A DNA stretch of 64,000 bases from Tubulanus polymorphus (GCF_964204645.1 NC_134035.1:9704451-9768450); one strand, 5' to 3'; shown: positions 22,641 through 36,900, numbered from the stretch's first letter. The notes: generated by a model not told the origin, from the sequence alone. Program-made: numbers and translations.

Positions 22641-24478
22641 TTAATCGCTCACTTTCGCCAACAGAAACGCCGTCCTACACGGAGCGTACACCTAGAAACA
22701 GAATACAGACAATTATTTCATTTCAAGAGAGGAAAATTGAAAGATGATCGAGATGAATCATATTTGTTACGTAGGAAACAAGGAGGAACGGTGAATTGAC
22801 GATTGACATTGCAATATTTCCGATGCAGTAATGAGAGACCTAAAATCCCAGTAAAAAGTTTTGAGTGGTTACTACTACCGGTACCCTTCTCCAGTCTAAA
22901 ATGATATCATCATATCACTTTAGGCCTGAAAAAGAAAGGAAGGGATCGGATCCAATAGCTCAAATGTTGTTCATTCTGTTTACCCTGGAATATCTAATGC
23001 GTTTCATTCAATCTGTATAACATGTTCACAGCTGTAGCATATTAACCAGGGTGTCCTATACAAAATAGACGTTTCCAAGCTGTAACAACTTCGCTCAAAA
23101 ACATTTTATTCATTCTGTATGACAAACAGAGCTGTACACATATCGACCAGGAAGGATAATGCAAAATGTCAGTTCCTAACTAATTCCACTCAAAGACCTC
23201 TCGGAGCAGAAACAATCTCTCCAGCCAAGTGCTATTCACACTCAAAATACATCGACATGTTCAGTGTTACATACAAATGTATGAGCAGCGTTAATGAGCA
23301 AGACCCACAGTTTTGATACCACATTTTATTTTGACAGTTTCGAAGTTTCAACTTAACATCATCATCAGAGAAATGAAAATAACCTTTTGAAAAAAATTGT
23401 TGCTCTGATGATGAAGTTTAGTCAAAACTTTGAACATGTCAGAATAAATTGTTAAATCTAAAAATAAACTGTTACATCATCACAGTTGTTAGCGGAAACG
23501 TCGCTCCTCAAATAAAATCATTCTGATATAGAATTTTTCAATCTTGGCTTCGTTATTGTGGGATTTCTCTCGTTATCATCATACACGGATATTGTGTATC
23601 TTCTCATCTTATCATGTTTCCCACAGATCGTAAAATCCTTCTTCATAACTTTTCCGCATCTCATCTCTTGTTTTCGGACTTACGAAAAACGGCACATATA
23701 ATCACTGTAATCTTAATCCTTTAATCTTAATCATTTGTCATATTCTTGCATAAATATCCTGTCATTTTATTTTGTTCTCAGTACGCCTGATGATGGCTAA
23801 CAGTTGTTAGCCGAAACTTCGCTCCTCAAATATAATCATTCTGATATAGAAATTTTCAATCTTGGCTTCGTTATTGCGGGATTTCTCTCGTTATCAACTG
23901 TGGGTTTTGCTCATTCTGACTCTGAAATACAGAGATTAATATCAGTCTCAAACAGTCACGTACGTGCATTGTGTTTTTTCGACACGAATAATGCTCGGGA
24001 ATCGTGACGAAGTCGGTGTTGTGATCGAGACGCGAAAAACCGTCGAAACGCGCGTCGTCCGTGTCGAGCACGATCTTGTACTTCCCGGGCACTTCGACGC
24101 CGATTTTGTAGTCGGTGAAACTTTTCGTCGGGTGAAAGTTGAAAACGAACACCACGTCAGCGCGTTCGAACACGATCGTCTTGTCATCCTCGTGTTTCAT
24201 ACTGACGTACGCCTACAAATAGAGAAAATACAATACATGTTGTGAACGGTTCAAGCAAATATTGGCTGATTTTCAGCTGAAACCAATCAATAATCCCACA
24301 CTATATTGATATTTCAAATTGTTGCGAAATTTATCTTTTTGCTTTACATCCTTCGGGCCCCGATTTTCACCAGACAAACCCTGTTGGATTGTTCATTCAA
24401 CCTCACAGGGTTCATAGTGTCCATGACCAATCTCATATAATGACTTTCAAGGGCTTTTTTGACTCCGATACCAGGACC

Positions 24479-24538
<60 letters not shown>

Positions 24539-27500
24539 TAACGGTCATATGATCATTACATTTGAATTGTCCAGAATCATTGTTTTCATTGGAGTTGAGA
24601 TAAATCATCTGACTAGTGTACAAGACCTAGCAATACCATAATCTGATATGCTGTGTACACCCTAGATGATATAGATGACCAAAAGGTTCAAACGCGAGGT
24701 GAGATGACGCCATTCAAGGAACATGATGAAAATGATTTAAGGATTTTACAGCCTATTCCATGATACTCCTTGGTTCTCATTTCTGCTGAACTTAAAAGTT
24801 GACCCGTTAAATCATGATCAAGCTAACCACAACAGAACCGGCAGCTATAGAAATGAACTGAAAGCAAATTTTATAAAGTTTACAAAATGATCCAGCCGAT
24901 TAGGAAAAACTAGGTAAATATTTTTCTAAAGTATCGTCAATATTATGGGATTGTTTATCATCTTCCCCACTGAAGAATACAGCAGTCCATCTGTCAGCTG
25001 AAACAATATTGTTCCGCGTAAAATACACAAATACTAACACATGTTCTCAAAGCATTGAGTTTCAGTACCGTTATCATTTCAAATGGCGGTTAATAAATAA
25101 TATCTCTATTTCAATCGATAATACTGATAAAATAAGGCGCGGTTGAATTTTTTTCAATCATTTTTACTCCAAGATACAATTTATGATCTACTATGTAAAG
25201 AGGGTCCCTACAGATCAGTCATTCCAGAATTCAACGACTTTTCATGAAGAAAAATTTCAAATTCCGAGGAGTGTCTGCATTGCTATCATATCCCTATTAC
25301 AGTAGACTCCTAAATTTGGAATGTTTTCATGGTAAACCATTCAATTCAATGGAATCTGTATAATGAATAGGCCTAAAACCTAAAAAGTTTCGAAATGCCA
25401 TTTTTAAATTCAAGGATATTCAAGGACCTTAAAAAACATTTTCAAGGAATTAATGAGTCGTAGGGACTCTGGTAAAACGAGAGAACACCTGCGGAGCGCC
25501 GAGCCAGCCGTATTTTGCTTCCACGTTATTCATCGCGCTGTCGAAATCGTACAGGTATCGATAACGTAACGTCTGATCATCGACTAAATTCCACTGGCGT
25601 CGCGCGTAGTGATAGCTCTCATTGTTGCCGTGGCGCGGGAAATCTAACCACTCCGGGTGACCGAATTCGTTACCTGAAATGTAATTAAAACCGAATAGAA
25701 ATGAAATTGAAACCGAATAAAAGTTTATCAGGGTTCTTACGGGTTGTTAAATCAATTTCATTTTCCATACATTTTCTTTATCCAAGACTCGGTTCCACAG
25801 TTGTGAGTTAGAGTTAACTCTGAGTTAAAATCAGTTTATTTTCGATGTTTTTCGGTGAGAGTCAAATTTAACTCAGAACTGTGGAACTGGATCCTGATCA
25901 TCAAATTTCCACACATCAAGATTTTTCTCAAATGTGTAGGGGTTATGAGCAATGTGTCATCTAGAAATTGACAACCTGTTGTTATCAAAATTAGAAGACA
26001 ATTAGGCATACAGCCATTATAGTCATTTTTTTATTTTCCATACCTTTTCCATAGCCGTAGAGAATAAAACAAAATTTCTAAATTCCTAAATTTGGTTTCT
26101 ATGTCAGTAACCGCCTAATTGGGTAAAAACTAATCCTGGTTCCAGCTATACCAATTCAGGCGCAGTTTACTGTAAAATTACGAACTAGACAAAAATTTCT
26201 AATTGCCCATTTCTCAAAATTGAAGTTTTATAAAAAGTGTTTTATGGATTTTGCCCAAATTAAAGGAGTTTCAAGCACCTTTAAAAGCATTTTACGCCTA
26301 GAAAGAGTTTTTAGGGAATCAAGGAGTTGTAGGGTGTTTTTTCTTTTCACTCACCCATGAAATTCAGGTAACTTTCCCCGCCGAGCCCGTGCGTTATGAG
26401 CCGAATCATTTTGTGTAACGCGATGCCGCGATCGATGACCGGATTGCGATCCGTTAAACACGACATGCTCCAATACATCTCAGCATCCATCAACCAGAAC
26501 GCAATAGTTTTATCCCCGACTAGCGCCTGATCGTGACTTTCAGCATACGCGATACACCTATTACATTAATGAATATGTGTTTCAATAAGTGGATAATTCA
26601 GAACAATCTTAATGTGTTATAAATACAGCAGGCAAACTTGCACAAGTCGTAGCTCTTGGGAGCTAATGAATCTATCGGGATCATTTATCTATTACGTACG
26701 CATGAAATTTGACCCCCCCTTGTAAGCAAAATCGGCCATTTTTTCATGAACATTAAGCATTACAGTACGCAATTGCACTTACCCCTCCCCAAATGCGTAC
26801 GTAATAAATGAATGATCCCACATGACTTATGCGATTGAAGCATAAGTCGAGTTCTTACAGTAACTGTCAAAACGTACGAGTAAGTAAATAAAACTTATAT
26901 TCAGAACTACCTCGAGAGACCACTGTCAGGGAATGATGATGGTCTCAGGAAAGTCCAAAATGTTGTTTCTTTTAATTTTTGACGAGATAAATATGTTTCA
27001 TTTTTTGAATCTTTTATATTTGTATGTAGTGGTTTTGAGTCTAATCATCTTTTCTCCAGGTCTGAGTGTACGGTCTATTCAGAAGTACATTCAGTAGATA
27101 TTGAGCCTGTTAAACCTATATTCATCATAAACGTATCTTGAATTCACTAATCGAATCGAACGACAGTAAATAATAAACGTACTTTTCACCGTGGCGTCGA
27201 TTGATAAGCGTATGTATGAGATCAGCCAGATCCCACTGTTCGTCGGACTTCTCTTTGAGCATTTTAATCCACTTGTCTGGAATAGCCATCGCGAGACGAT
27301 AATCGAAACCGGTTCCGCCTTCATCGACGGGTCGACATAAAGCCGGCATTCCAGATACCTCCTACAATAAGAGGGAGGGCAACACTGTAATCGGATAATT
27401 AACCTTCAATAGGGAATTGTCCTGCTTATTTGATTGAATCAATTTTGATTAGATTTTAATTTTGTAACAGTTACAAACCCACCACACCTGCCATGAATGA

Positions 27501-28322
27501 TACAGAGGGTTTTTGAGATAATTAATGATCAATTCACAAGTCTCAGACATTTCTATCTATTTGATTTGTACAGTTCTCAATCTTCAGTTTCAATACACCA
27601 CGACCGACATCCTTTATTTGATAGGTCTACGTGTGTTGTTTATTTGTTACGCCCCAGTAATTCTCATTTTCAATTTTAAAATGTAAAGGTGAAGTCCGTA
27701 ATGTATGTGCAGTCTGGACGAATACTTTTTGAAAAATTTCTGCCGATGAAATATCCGTGATCAGATAAAATGTGTAAAATCCCACAATAATTGAATGATT
27801 GACTAAAAAGTTTATATGAAATGTAGAAATATTTCAGGCAGTTTCTACCTTTTTTTTCATCTAAAATGACATCATTCAAGATTGAAGAAGGGTGGCAGAA
27901 ACCGTCCGAAATATTTCTACATCTTAAATGAACTTTTCAGTCATTCATTCAATCATTGTGGGATTTATCACTTATCAGGGGTAAGTAGTTCATTTTCATG
28001 TCTAAAGTGAAAAACTGGACTAAAATGAAGCCTAGACGATCTGTAAAATTGATCATAAAGGTGTTGGTCGGGAACACAGATTTGTGTCGGCATTAGGTAG
28101 AGTAACTATTGTGACCGTGTTTCGACTTACTTCAGCGACTGTCACTAAGAATGAAGGGTATAGTTCGTGCATTAGGTGATTAGCCAGCATCAAATATACT
28201 AGCGATTCGGTATCGGTATTCAACCAGAAATATTCGCGGTAGTCTCCACTGAAGCCTGTGCCTGCAAAATAATTTATCAAATTTACTTAGGAGATACAAC
28301 AAAATAATCACAATTTTTCCAC

Positions 28323-28421
<99 letters not shown>

Positions 28422-31400
28422 CAAAGAGACATTTGCAAAGCTGTATGTATCCTACAATATCTGTGTGATGACACAGCGATGCTGTCAGGCAGACATTGTC
28501 CATGAAATGATTATTTATTCTTATTCGATTATTAATTCTTATTAAGTTTGTGTCAGCTAGAAAAATATGTTTGGTCATGCACAGATGTGTTCAATAACTA
28601 AGGCTTAGTAGCACAGTGCCCATGCTCAAAGTAATACATGTACATGCATTGATTGAGGGTGCTCCTCTGTAACATTGGGTCCTGATATTGAAGAAGGAGG
28701 TGGACTCTAGGATGAACAAGTCATCAGTGTGAAGGAGGACGAGTCCTCAGAATGAAGGAGGCACTGAGTCCTTATGATAAAGGAGGAACTGAGTCAATCT
28801 GAGTCCTCGGTGTGAAGGAGGAAATGACAACTCAGAGTGAAGGAGGAACTGACTACTCAGTGTGAAGGAGGAACTTAGCCAGGAGGAACTGACTGCTCAG
28901 CGTTAAGGAGAAACTGACAGGCACAGCATGAAGGAGGATCTGACTGATCAGTAAGAGAAAATTCATAGATCAATTATTCATAAATACCTAAACCGTGGCT
29001 GTGATAAAGCATCGAAGTAACTCCATCGAATCTGAAGCCATCGAAATGATATTCCTCGATCCACCAGCGTAGATTCGACAGTAAAAATCTCAGCACTTCC
29101 CAACTTAAAATTAGATATAAATTTCATTCATTTAGAGATACATGCAGGTTCTCTACAGATTACATAAAACAGTGAAACTTGAAACCCAGTTCCACAGTTA
29201 TGTGTTAAGATTTGACTATGAGAATTTCAACTCATTGAAAATTAACTCTGAGTTAACTCTAACTCACAACTACAGAACAGGGCCCTGAAAACTGTTGAAA
29301 TAGGTCCAATTTTAACTTGAACTTCATCTCTATTCATCATCAATTGACTTTAACAGGGTGGCCACTTTTCGCCCATTCACTCCCCGAGTTTTCTATGTAA
29401 TTACACAAAATTCCCTGAGTAAATCAGAGAAATTCCTAGGGTTTAAGATGCTATAATTCATTCATTTTTCATTGAATCACGTACTGATAAAGAAGCGTAG
29501 TCATTAGCATCATCCGAAATCCCCAAATTTTCCAGGTTTTTGGAAAAACTTGTCAAATTCCCTGAGTTATTGCAAATTTTCTAGATAGTTTTAATTTCCT
29601 GAGTTTTCCAGGTTTTCCAGGTCAGTGGCCAGCTTGTTTAAGTTAAAACGAGTCCATAAATCCGACCCCCCGAATTCTAGAATCAACCCACACACATAAA
29701 CATACCTCGAATAATTAAATAGTCTACTATCCCACAAATCGTGGTTACCGCGAGCACCGTCATGGAAGAAGCAACTGTCTGTACCGTCGAACTGGTTGAT
29801 ACCGTCGATCGTGTTTTTTGACGCGTGACTGTGTACGACATCGAGAAGCACCGTTATACCGAGTTCGTGAGCTTTATCGATCATCTGTTTCAACTCTTCC
29901 GGAGTTCCGCACCGACTAGAACACAAGGAAAGCATTTAAAAGCGACATCGGTATTATAACACCTAGCCTATATCTGTAACTATGTTTCAGTCATCTCTAC
30001 CTGGAGAGAAGTGATATTGGTATCACTACCCCTAGTCTATATCTGTAACTGTGTATCAGTCATCTCTCCCTGGAGAGAAGTGACATTGGTATTATTACCC
30101 CTAGCCTATATCTGTAACTGTGTATCAGTCATCTCTCCCTGGAGAGAAGTGATATTGGTATCATTACCCCTAGTCTATATCTGTAACTGTGTATCAGTCA
30201 TCTCTCCCTGGAGAGAAAGACATTGGTATTATTACCCCTAGCCTATATCTGTAACTGTGTATCAGTCATCTCTCCCTGGAGAGAAGTGATATTGGTATCA
30301 TTACCCCTAGTCTATATCTGTAACTGTGTATCAGTCATCTCTCTTCACTTGATAAGAAATCACATAAAGTGCTCAGGAGTAAATCAACAAGGCAAGTATC
30401 GGTACCTCAAACATCTCATGAAGAGCAGAGCAGGGATAAGAATAGTGTATCTTGCCCAGGATAATCATAGCATTTACCTCGACGCAGCAAAGAAACTTGT
30501 GACTTGATAACCAAAACTACCATAATATGCATGTTCCATAACAGCCATTACTTGTATTGCATTATACCCTACAATATAACAGATACCAGATTATAGGTTC
30601 AACTGTCCACTAACTTACTTATTTCAAACAAATGCTTAGGGCGGATGATTACCGCCTTTGAAAAAAAAACACCAGGCCTGTGCCAAAGGGGTTCTAGGGA
30701 TAACGAATGACTGGCTTGATCCATACATACAAGGTATTTGCTTACCGAGGTATTTGATACGGGGAAGTATGTTATCTTTGAAATGGGTGTACGACGCCAC
30801 TTTTCCTTCCCATGATGAAATGCCCACGTGACATTCGTAAATGCGTAATCTATCAGGTTTATCAGGATGCGGATATTTCCAATCAAACGCCTGAAATACA
30901 TTAAATGCAAACAGTTCACTATATCATAGAGCTGTCAATAATCGCAGAGAAAATGGTGGCAGAATTGACGAGCAACACTTGTAATTACTTCAATAATTTG
31001 TCCCTACAATCCAAATTCGAACCCAGGGGGCCAGTTCCATAGTCATCTTAAACTTTTCAACTTAAGACCAGTCTAAGAACATGCAAGTTCCATAGTCTAT
31101 CTAACAATTTAAGACCAATCTCCAGACTTAAGCCTACTTTTGGACTAAGTTGACTGTGGAACTGGCCCCAAGGAACATGAAAATGGCTCCTGATATCCAA
31201 TTGTTGCAAGATGTTACATGAAGTTAGATGAAATTAATCTAAACTCAACTCAAATATTGTATCATTTATAGTCATTAATAAGTGAAGTTTGACCCTCGAA
31301 TTCCACATGATGCGCTCCACCAATGCTTTATCTTTAATCGATGAAGCCATTTCACAAGCTCAATAATCAAATTTAAGTTTCAGTCCGACTCAACTCCTTT

Positions 31401-33360
31401 TCAATCAGTAATACCGGTACTTTAAAGAACGCTAGTTTTTGATCGATTTCCATTAAGAACTGTGGAACTGAGTTCAACTCGTATATTCGTACCTGCGGCG
31501 GATTCCAGAACACTTGATGATATATATTTGTCTTCTCAGCACGAGTGACGTATTTCGCCCACGGTGAAATACGATCCAATAGAGAATTATCTTTACTGAC
31601 CACCAACAACTGAAAATAGACAACGATACTTATAACGGATTCTGGACTTTGGTCCGTCATTCAGCAATCATGGTGATTCAGCAATCAGGCTGAGGCAAAA
31701 ATCTGGAATTTTTGCTTGTTGGCCTAAAAGTAAGCACTTTTGTGATACTTTTTTCATCAATTAAGACTGCAGCCCTTGTCATCCATAACACACTTATTAG
31801 CCAGAGAAATTAACAAATTAAAGCCCAGTTAGAGCCGGAATCTGGACACAATACCCAGGCTTTCTATTTTTTTTTCACTGACTTACCTTGACAATACTGC
31901 CGTGTGGTATGGCACATGAGCCATCTGCATTAGCAGCTATTTTCACCTCCCATTTGCCGTAATCTAACTTGTCAAATTTGTACTGGAATTTGTCCCAATT
32001 ATCTGCAAAGATTGAGACATTCAATTATTGAATCGGCTAAATCTAAAAATCAACGAAGAGGATTGATTCAACTCTGCCTTAGTTCTATAAACAGATACTT
32101 TCTACAAGAGTAGCTTTTTTTACAAATTCTACTTTTATTCTCTGATAGTCAAATCTTTCTTCACACCGAGTTCCTCATTTATCCTCTTTCACACTCCTCA
32201 TGATATCTGATTTCTCATCCATCCAGGCAATCCTGTGGAAAGCACCTTACATAATTGATTTTTTTTTAGGGGTCATTCTTCATGAGTACCAGACAGAGAT
32301 TACCTCGAACTTTGGCCATTTTGACAAATTTGTTTCTGTTACACATTTTATGTATGACATCAATTTTTCAACAAATTCATGACATAACAGTGATGATTAT
32401 TATTCTGTGACGTCATAGCGGCCATCTTGACGCGCCTCGGTCACTGCTTAACGTGGATAAATTAGGTCCCGACCATAAACGTAAATAAGCTAGAAAATAA
32501 GCTATTCACATTTTTCTGACTATATTCGGGAAAACAGTGGAATATATAGATTGGATCTGCCCTATGTGATAGGACACCAAAAATGGTATTAATTAATATT
32601 AATTAATTATTAATTACAATTTATTAATTTCTTCTTAATAATAAAATAAATACAGGTCTAATAATAGATTTGAACATTGGGATTGCGACGAATTCACTAT
32701 GAAAGTGATCCATTTGATTTCTTACTAAAATCGCCGCGAATGAACAGAGCATCCGCTCCCGGTGCCCATTCTCTCCATACAATAGCATTATCCGGCTGAA
32801 CGTGGTATCCGTAATACTCGTAACCTCGCGAAAATTGGTCGAGACTTCCTTCAGCTTCAGCGATATTCTTGCTTAAATCCTCGAACAGGCCGTACCTTAA
32901 AATATGCAATAATGCAATATGTACAACAGAGATATAATATTAGATGACGATCCTACGAAACAGATAAAGTTAAGGATGGTAGTCTATTAGCCATTGTGTT
33001 TCCCAAGTTTCAGGAGAGCCCCGTTGTAACGACGTCTGGTATTCAGAGACTTATAAACAGTCAGTTAATTCAGACTGCAGAGTAGGTTCACTTGTCATAT
33101 TAAGACCAAATTGAAGTTGTGTTCAAAAGATTACGAGAAAAAATCAAAAAAATTTATCCCGAACAGACATGACAGAACAGAACTTAACTGCTTAAAGTTA
33201 ATGTCAGAAGAAATAGACATCATTCTTTACCCTCCTCAATCAGCACTTTATCATTTTACCTTCTCTTAATTTCTCTTTCGAACGGCTTCAGATATCCATC
33301 GAGCTCGAAAAGCTTATCTATTTTGGGCACGACAACTTTATCTGGATCAACAGGAGCCAT
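22641..33360 (-). CDS. GBE1: 1,4-alpha-glucan (glycogen) branching enzyme, 14 coding exons
   Basis: [19 protein letters not shown] (33260-33360); EWAPGA (32726-32895); DRISPWA; RIYECHVG; [24 protein letters not shown]; [10 protein letters not shown]; [16 protein letters not shown]; AEEVSGMP; GFDYRLAM; [14 protein letters not shown]; [18 protein letters not shown]; FNFHP; last exon [16 protein letters not shown] (22641-22691). GT-AG introns. Confidence 0.97.
23325..23450. ncRNA. Pair of divergently oriented degenerate minimal hammerhead-ribozyme motifs (Penelope-like-element remnant)
   Basis: Plus strand 23405-23440: CTGATGA-TGAAGTTT agtca AAACTTT-GAA-CATGTC with TTGTTGCT/AGAATAA stem I. Minus strand 23368-23333: CTGATGA-TGATGTT..AACTTC-GAAAC-T-GTC. 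Confidence 0.55.
23781..23895 (+). mobile_element. Dispersed repeat with hammerhead core CTGATGA-stem-GAAA (partial copy 23482-23577, diverged copy 33668-33780)
   Basis: CTGATGA T GGCTAAC agtt GTTAGCC GAAAC, followed by the shared tail AAATATAATCATT...GGGATTTCTC..CGTT. Confidence 0.55.
24483..24537. repeat. (TAA)n microsatellite
   Basis: Direct observation. Confidence 0.95.
25790..25892. mobile_element. Short palindromic MITE family (GTTCCACAGTT...AACTGTGGAAC); copies ~29185-29285, 48030-48136, 57158-57265
   Basis: Shared GAGTTAACTCTGAGTTAA core and inverted ends in several introns. Confidence 0.7.
26677..26819. mobile_element. MITE family with GGGATCATT..ATTACGTACGCA TIRs; copies ~41606-41762, 43144-43307, inverted ~45587-45728
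   Basis: Four homologous ~150-bp copies sharing GCAAAATCGGCCATTTT and CATTAAGCATTACAGTACGCAATT (the inverted copy is more diverged). Confidence 0.8.
28326..28418. repeat. (TA)n microsatellite
   Basis: Direct observation. Confidence 0.97.
28688..28950. repeat. Degenerate ~25-30-bp minisatellite (TGAAGGAGGAACTGA core) in a GBE1 intron
   Basis: About ten recurrences of (G)AAGGAGG. Confidence 0.75.
29950..30343. repeat. 69-bp minisatellite, ~6 copies, in a GBE1 intron
   Basis: CCTAGYCTATATCTGTAACTGTGTATCAGTCATCTCTCCCTGGAGAGAAGTGAYATTGGTATYATTACC repeated. Confidence 0.92.
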
Positions 33361-33915
33361 AGTAAACACTGGGCATTATCGGCCCAAATGACAGCACATA
33401 GACAAGGTCAATAATATACCGGAGCAACCCCTGACGGTGAACATTCAACTCAATTCAGTTTTATTTTCAGTTTATTTTGCTGAAATTAAAACATATCTTT
33501 CAGTTTAAGTGTTCATTACAATTAAATTGGACTTTTCAGAAACGATATTTCACGTCCATCAATTAGAAAACGATCACTTAGAGTTCTAGTATACCGATTG
33601 ATAACTGGGGACTGGGGTGGGGCTCGAACCCAAGTGTTCAATGAATTCCGTTATTTCATTTTGTATCTCAGTACCCTGATGATGGCTATTAGCATTTAGC
33701 CGAAAGGTTGCTCGAAATATAATCATTTTAATAGAACTTTTTATTTTTGGCTGAATTTATTAGGGGATTTCTCCTCGTTGTTCGATGAACGCGTTCTGTA
33801 TAAATCACGACCACGTGCTATTGTTTACATGTTGTTTGTGGGAGATTGTTTACATGTTGCGCGTGTCACATGTTCCCAGAATCCTTTTGTTCCGAAGAGG
33901 GCGCTAGCATTCAAA
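33361..33915. promoter_or_regulatory. Bidirectional promoter region GBE1/LIN9
   Basis: Divergent ATGs 555 bp apart; AAAATGGCGG (YY1-like) over the LIN9 start. Confidence 0.65.
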
Positions 33916-36900
33916 ATGGCGGACGATTCAGCTTTAGAAAGTGAGTTACAAAAGATGCGATTATTTACGGATAAACCACGTCTAATCGACGATACGGGCG
34001 CCGATTTGTCGCGAATTCACTCGATTTCAACGGATCGATGTGGCACGATTTAATCTGACGATTTCTGTGTATAAGACGACGAGAAATACAACGAAAATAT
34101 GCTTGAAATGCCTGAATTTGGCGAAATGTGTCATTGTTTTTCCTACACTTTTTAGTTTTTTACTTCTCGCGACTCGGCTGCGTGCATCATCTTCTTACTT
34201 GTTTACTCAAACATGCAGCCCTGCTAAATTGAGCAACGAATTAGTACTGTAATTATGATAGCTGAAATTCCCAAGTTTACTGACTGCTCCTCCCTACCAA
34301 GCAGTGTGACTGAGTCAGAGTGTTGTAACTGTAACCTCTGGCTTTAGACTTTTCAGTGTAACCAGAAAATTTGCTAGGCCTAATTGCTTGCTGCTGAAAT
34401 TGTTATTCTTTCAACAAGTATAGTATGGAGGAGAATAGGGTTTGGCTGGTTTTCTGGTTTGATTAATAAATAATAGTCACTACGTGAAATTTGTTGAATA
34501 GATTTAATAACAACTGTTGTGATATATTTTTTCACAGATTCTTCAGCTGAAGCTTTGGTCAGTTTAAAAAGTGGTAAGAATTCCAATAGAAAAGTAATCG
34601 GTTGTTCAATGTTCTTTTGATTTAACAAACTTGTAAATGTCTTCTTTCATTTATTGAACATTATGCATTCTAGCTCTTCAACGGTTATTACCTCGATTGC
34701 GATGTAAATCGAATTATAAACTCTTCACTAGACTTAAAGCGATCAATTAGCTTAAATCCCTTCAAGACTCTACAACATATTTATCATGCTGATTAGTTAT
34801 TAAAACCCTGTTTTGTTCCTATTTCAGGTAAAGGTAATACATTCGCTGCACCGGCAAATCCTAGTCCAACAAGAAGAACATTGGTAAGATATATCAACTG
34901 TTGAAAAACCAATTATGAGAACTCGAACTTTAAGGATTGACTGTGAAACCTTTAAGAGTATCTTCGACTATGTACAAGAAATTTTGCCAGAAAGCCTTGA
35001 ACCTGGGATCTAACTAGAAATTCTTAAACCTAGGATCTAACTGAAAGCCTTGATCTTTGGATCCGACTAGAAATCCTTACACTTGGGATCTGTGAACGAA
35101 CCTTGAACTTTGTGCATCTCAGTGTTCTTCTTAACAAGTTTTAGAGGTGCGGCCACCCCTCTGATTTTTACATCCACCCTCTGAAAATCAGCCACCCCTT
35201 ATGAAATATCTGCTCCCCCTGCCAGATCGGAAGTCAATATTCTATCAAGCTTAATTTTTTGGAGGATCGAAAGCCTTGCTACTTTAGCTGCCACAAAGTG
35301 ATACACTTAAAAATGAATGCAGCCGCCTTTTAAAATTCCATTAGACCTAACCCGGGGGTTAACTCAATTGAAATTGAATTGAGTTAACCCCCAGGTTAAA
35401 GTTAATACCTGTCTATAAAACCGGGCCCTTGAGCTTTGACTGTGACTAGATAACTTATGCTTTGGATATCACCTTATTTTCAATACGAAATATTTTCATT
35501 TTATTCAAAGTCGTCGCGGAATAGAAAACGAAATCGATTGTTTTTCAACGATGACGAAGACACGACGACCGGGGTCGGGATGCGAGCGTCGCCGAAAAAA
35601 CAAGCGAAAGTTTCAGCCGCAGCAGCATCACCGGCGAAAACACCGCAAACAAGGGCTAGCACTAAAGCATCCGTATGTGTCCTTAATTATCGTTAAAAAA
35701 ACATTGACAATTAGGCCTGATTATATTTTCAGCATTTTTGAATGATTTAAAGACAATCATTAACTCTTTCAGTGCTGACAAATTCTTACTCTTAAGTGCT
35801 GGAGATAATTTAAAAATTTTGGAGAATTTCACCATTTCAGTGCATACAACTAAAGTGAATCGATATCGCAGTGCGATGTATTGTTAGTTACATATATTTC
35901 ACAATTATTGACTGGTGCTGCCATCTTGCACTAGAGATTATAATTAATAACACTGCTGTGCGGTGTATTTAGCAAAGTCCATCACCGATTCATATACACG
36001 GCACTGCAGTGTAGACACACTGAAAGGGTTAAGCATTCCAACTTGGGTGTTAGATTTTGATCTACAGTCAAAATAATTAAAAATGAACTGATTTAATTTT
36101 CTACTAGATGAGAATCAAATTTAACTGAGATCTGTAAAACTGGCTTTGAAGTTATCATGATTTTTCATTCATGAACTTAACATATAGAATTACATCGCCA
36201 TCATCATTTATTATAGGCTGTGCCGAAAGGAGCTTTGAGTACCCCAGATAAGAAAGTGGCCCAAGCTATCGGAGTCCGATTACGCAATTTACTCAAACTT
36301 CCGAAAGCTCACAAGTGGGCGTGTTACGAGTCATTCTATTCAAATCTAGACGCGTAAGTCAATTTTAAGTAGTACTAGCGCAGAATATGGCCATTTCTCT
36401 GAAATGGTTTGTTCAATCACAGCATAACTTAACAGCTAAATCTTGTTTCTAATTCGATTTAATCTTGATCAGGAATTGTTTGTACCAAAAAAATGTCAGA
36501 ATATGATTTTCAACACAGATTTCTCAATCATTGAAATCGATCAGTCCCAAATGATTCTTACTAAAAAGACTACGCCTTTTTAATGCCATCATTGCAACCT
36601 TGAAAACACTGCCTTTTAACAAATTTCGTGTTATAAGGAATGTGTTATTTCCATTGAATTTGAGTGAAATTGGTGTTACGTGAGGACTAGCTTTAAAAAT
36701 GATGACGTTGATAATAACATGTTTTAAACTGTACCACACGATCCTAGCTGAACAGGCCTTATACAACTATTACTACTAACACTTAAACAATTTTTTCCGT
36801 TTTGTCTGATTATTTTCTAGGCCGATATTCGAGGGTGAAAATGATTTCTGTATCTGTCTGAAGGAGACGTTTCCGCAGTTGAAAACGATGAAACTGCGTC

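Noticed and set aside
30011-30507. Repetitive ORFs in a GBE1 intron
   Set aside because: Translation of the 69-bp minisatellite; antisense to GBE1.
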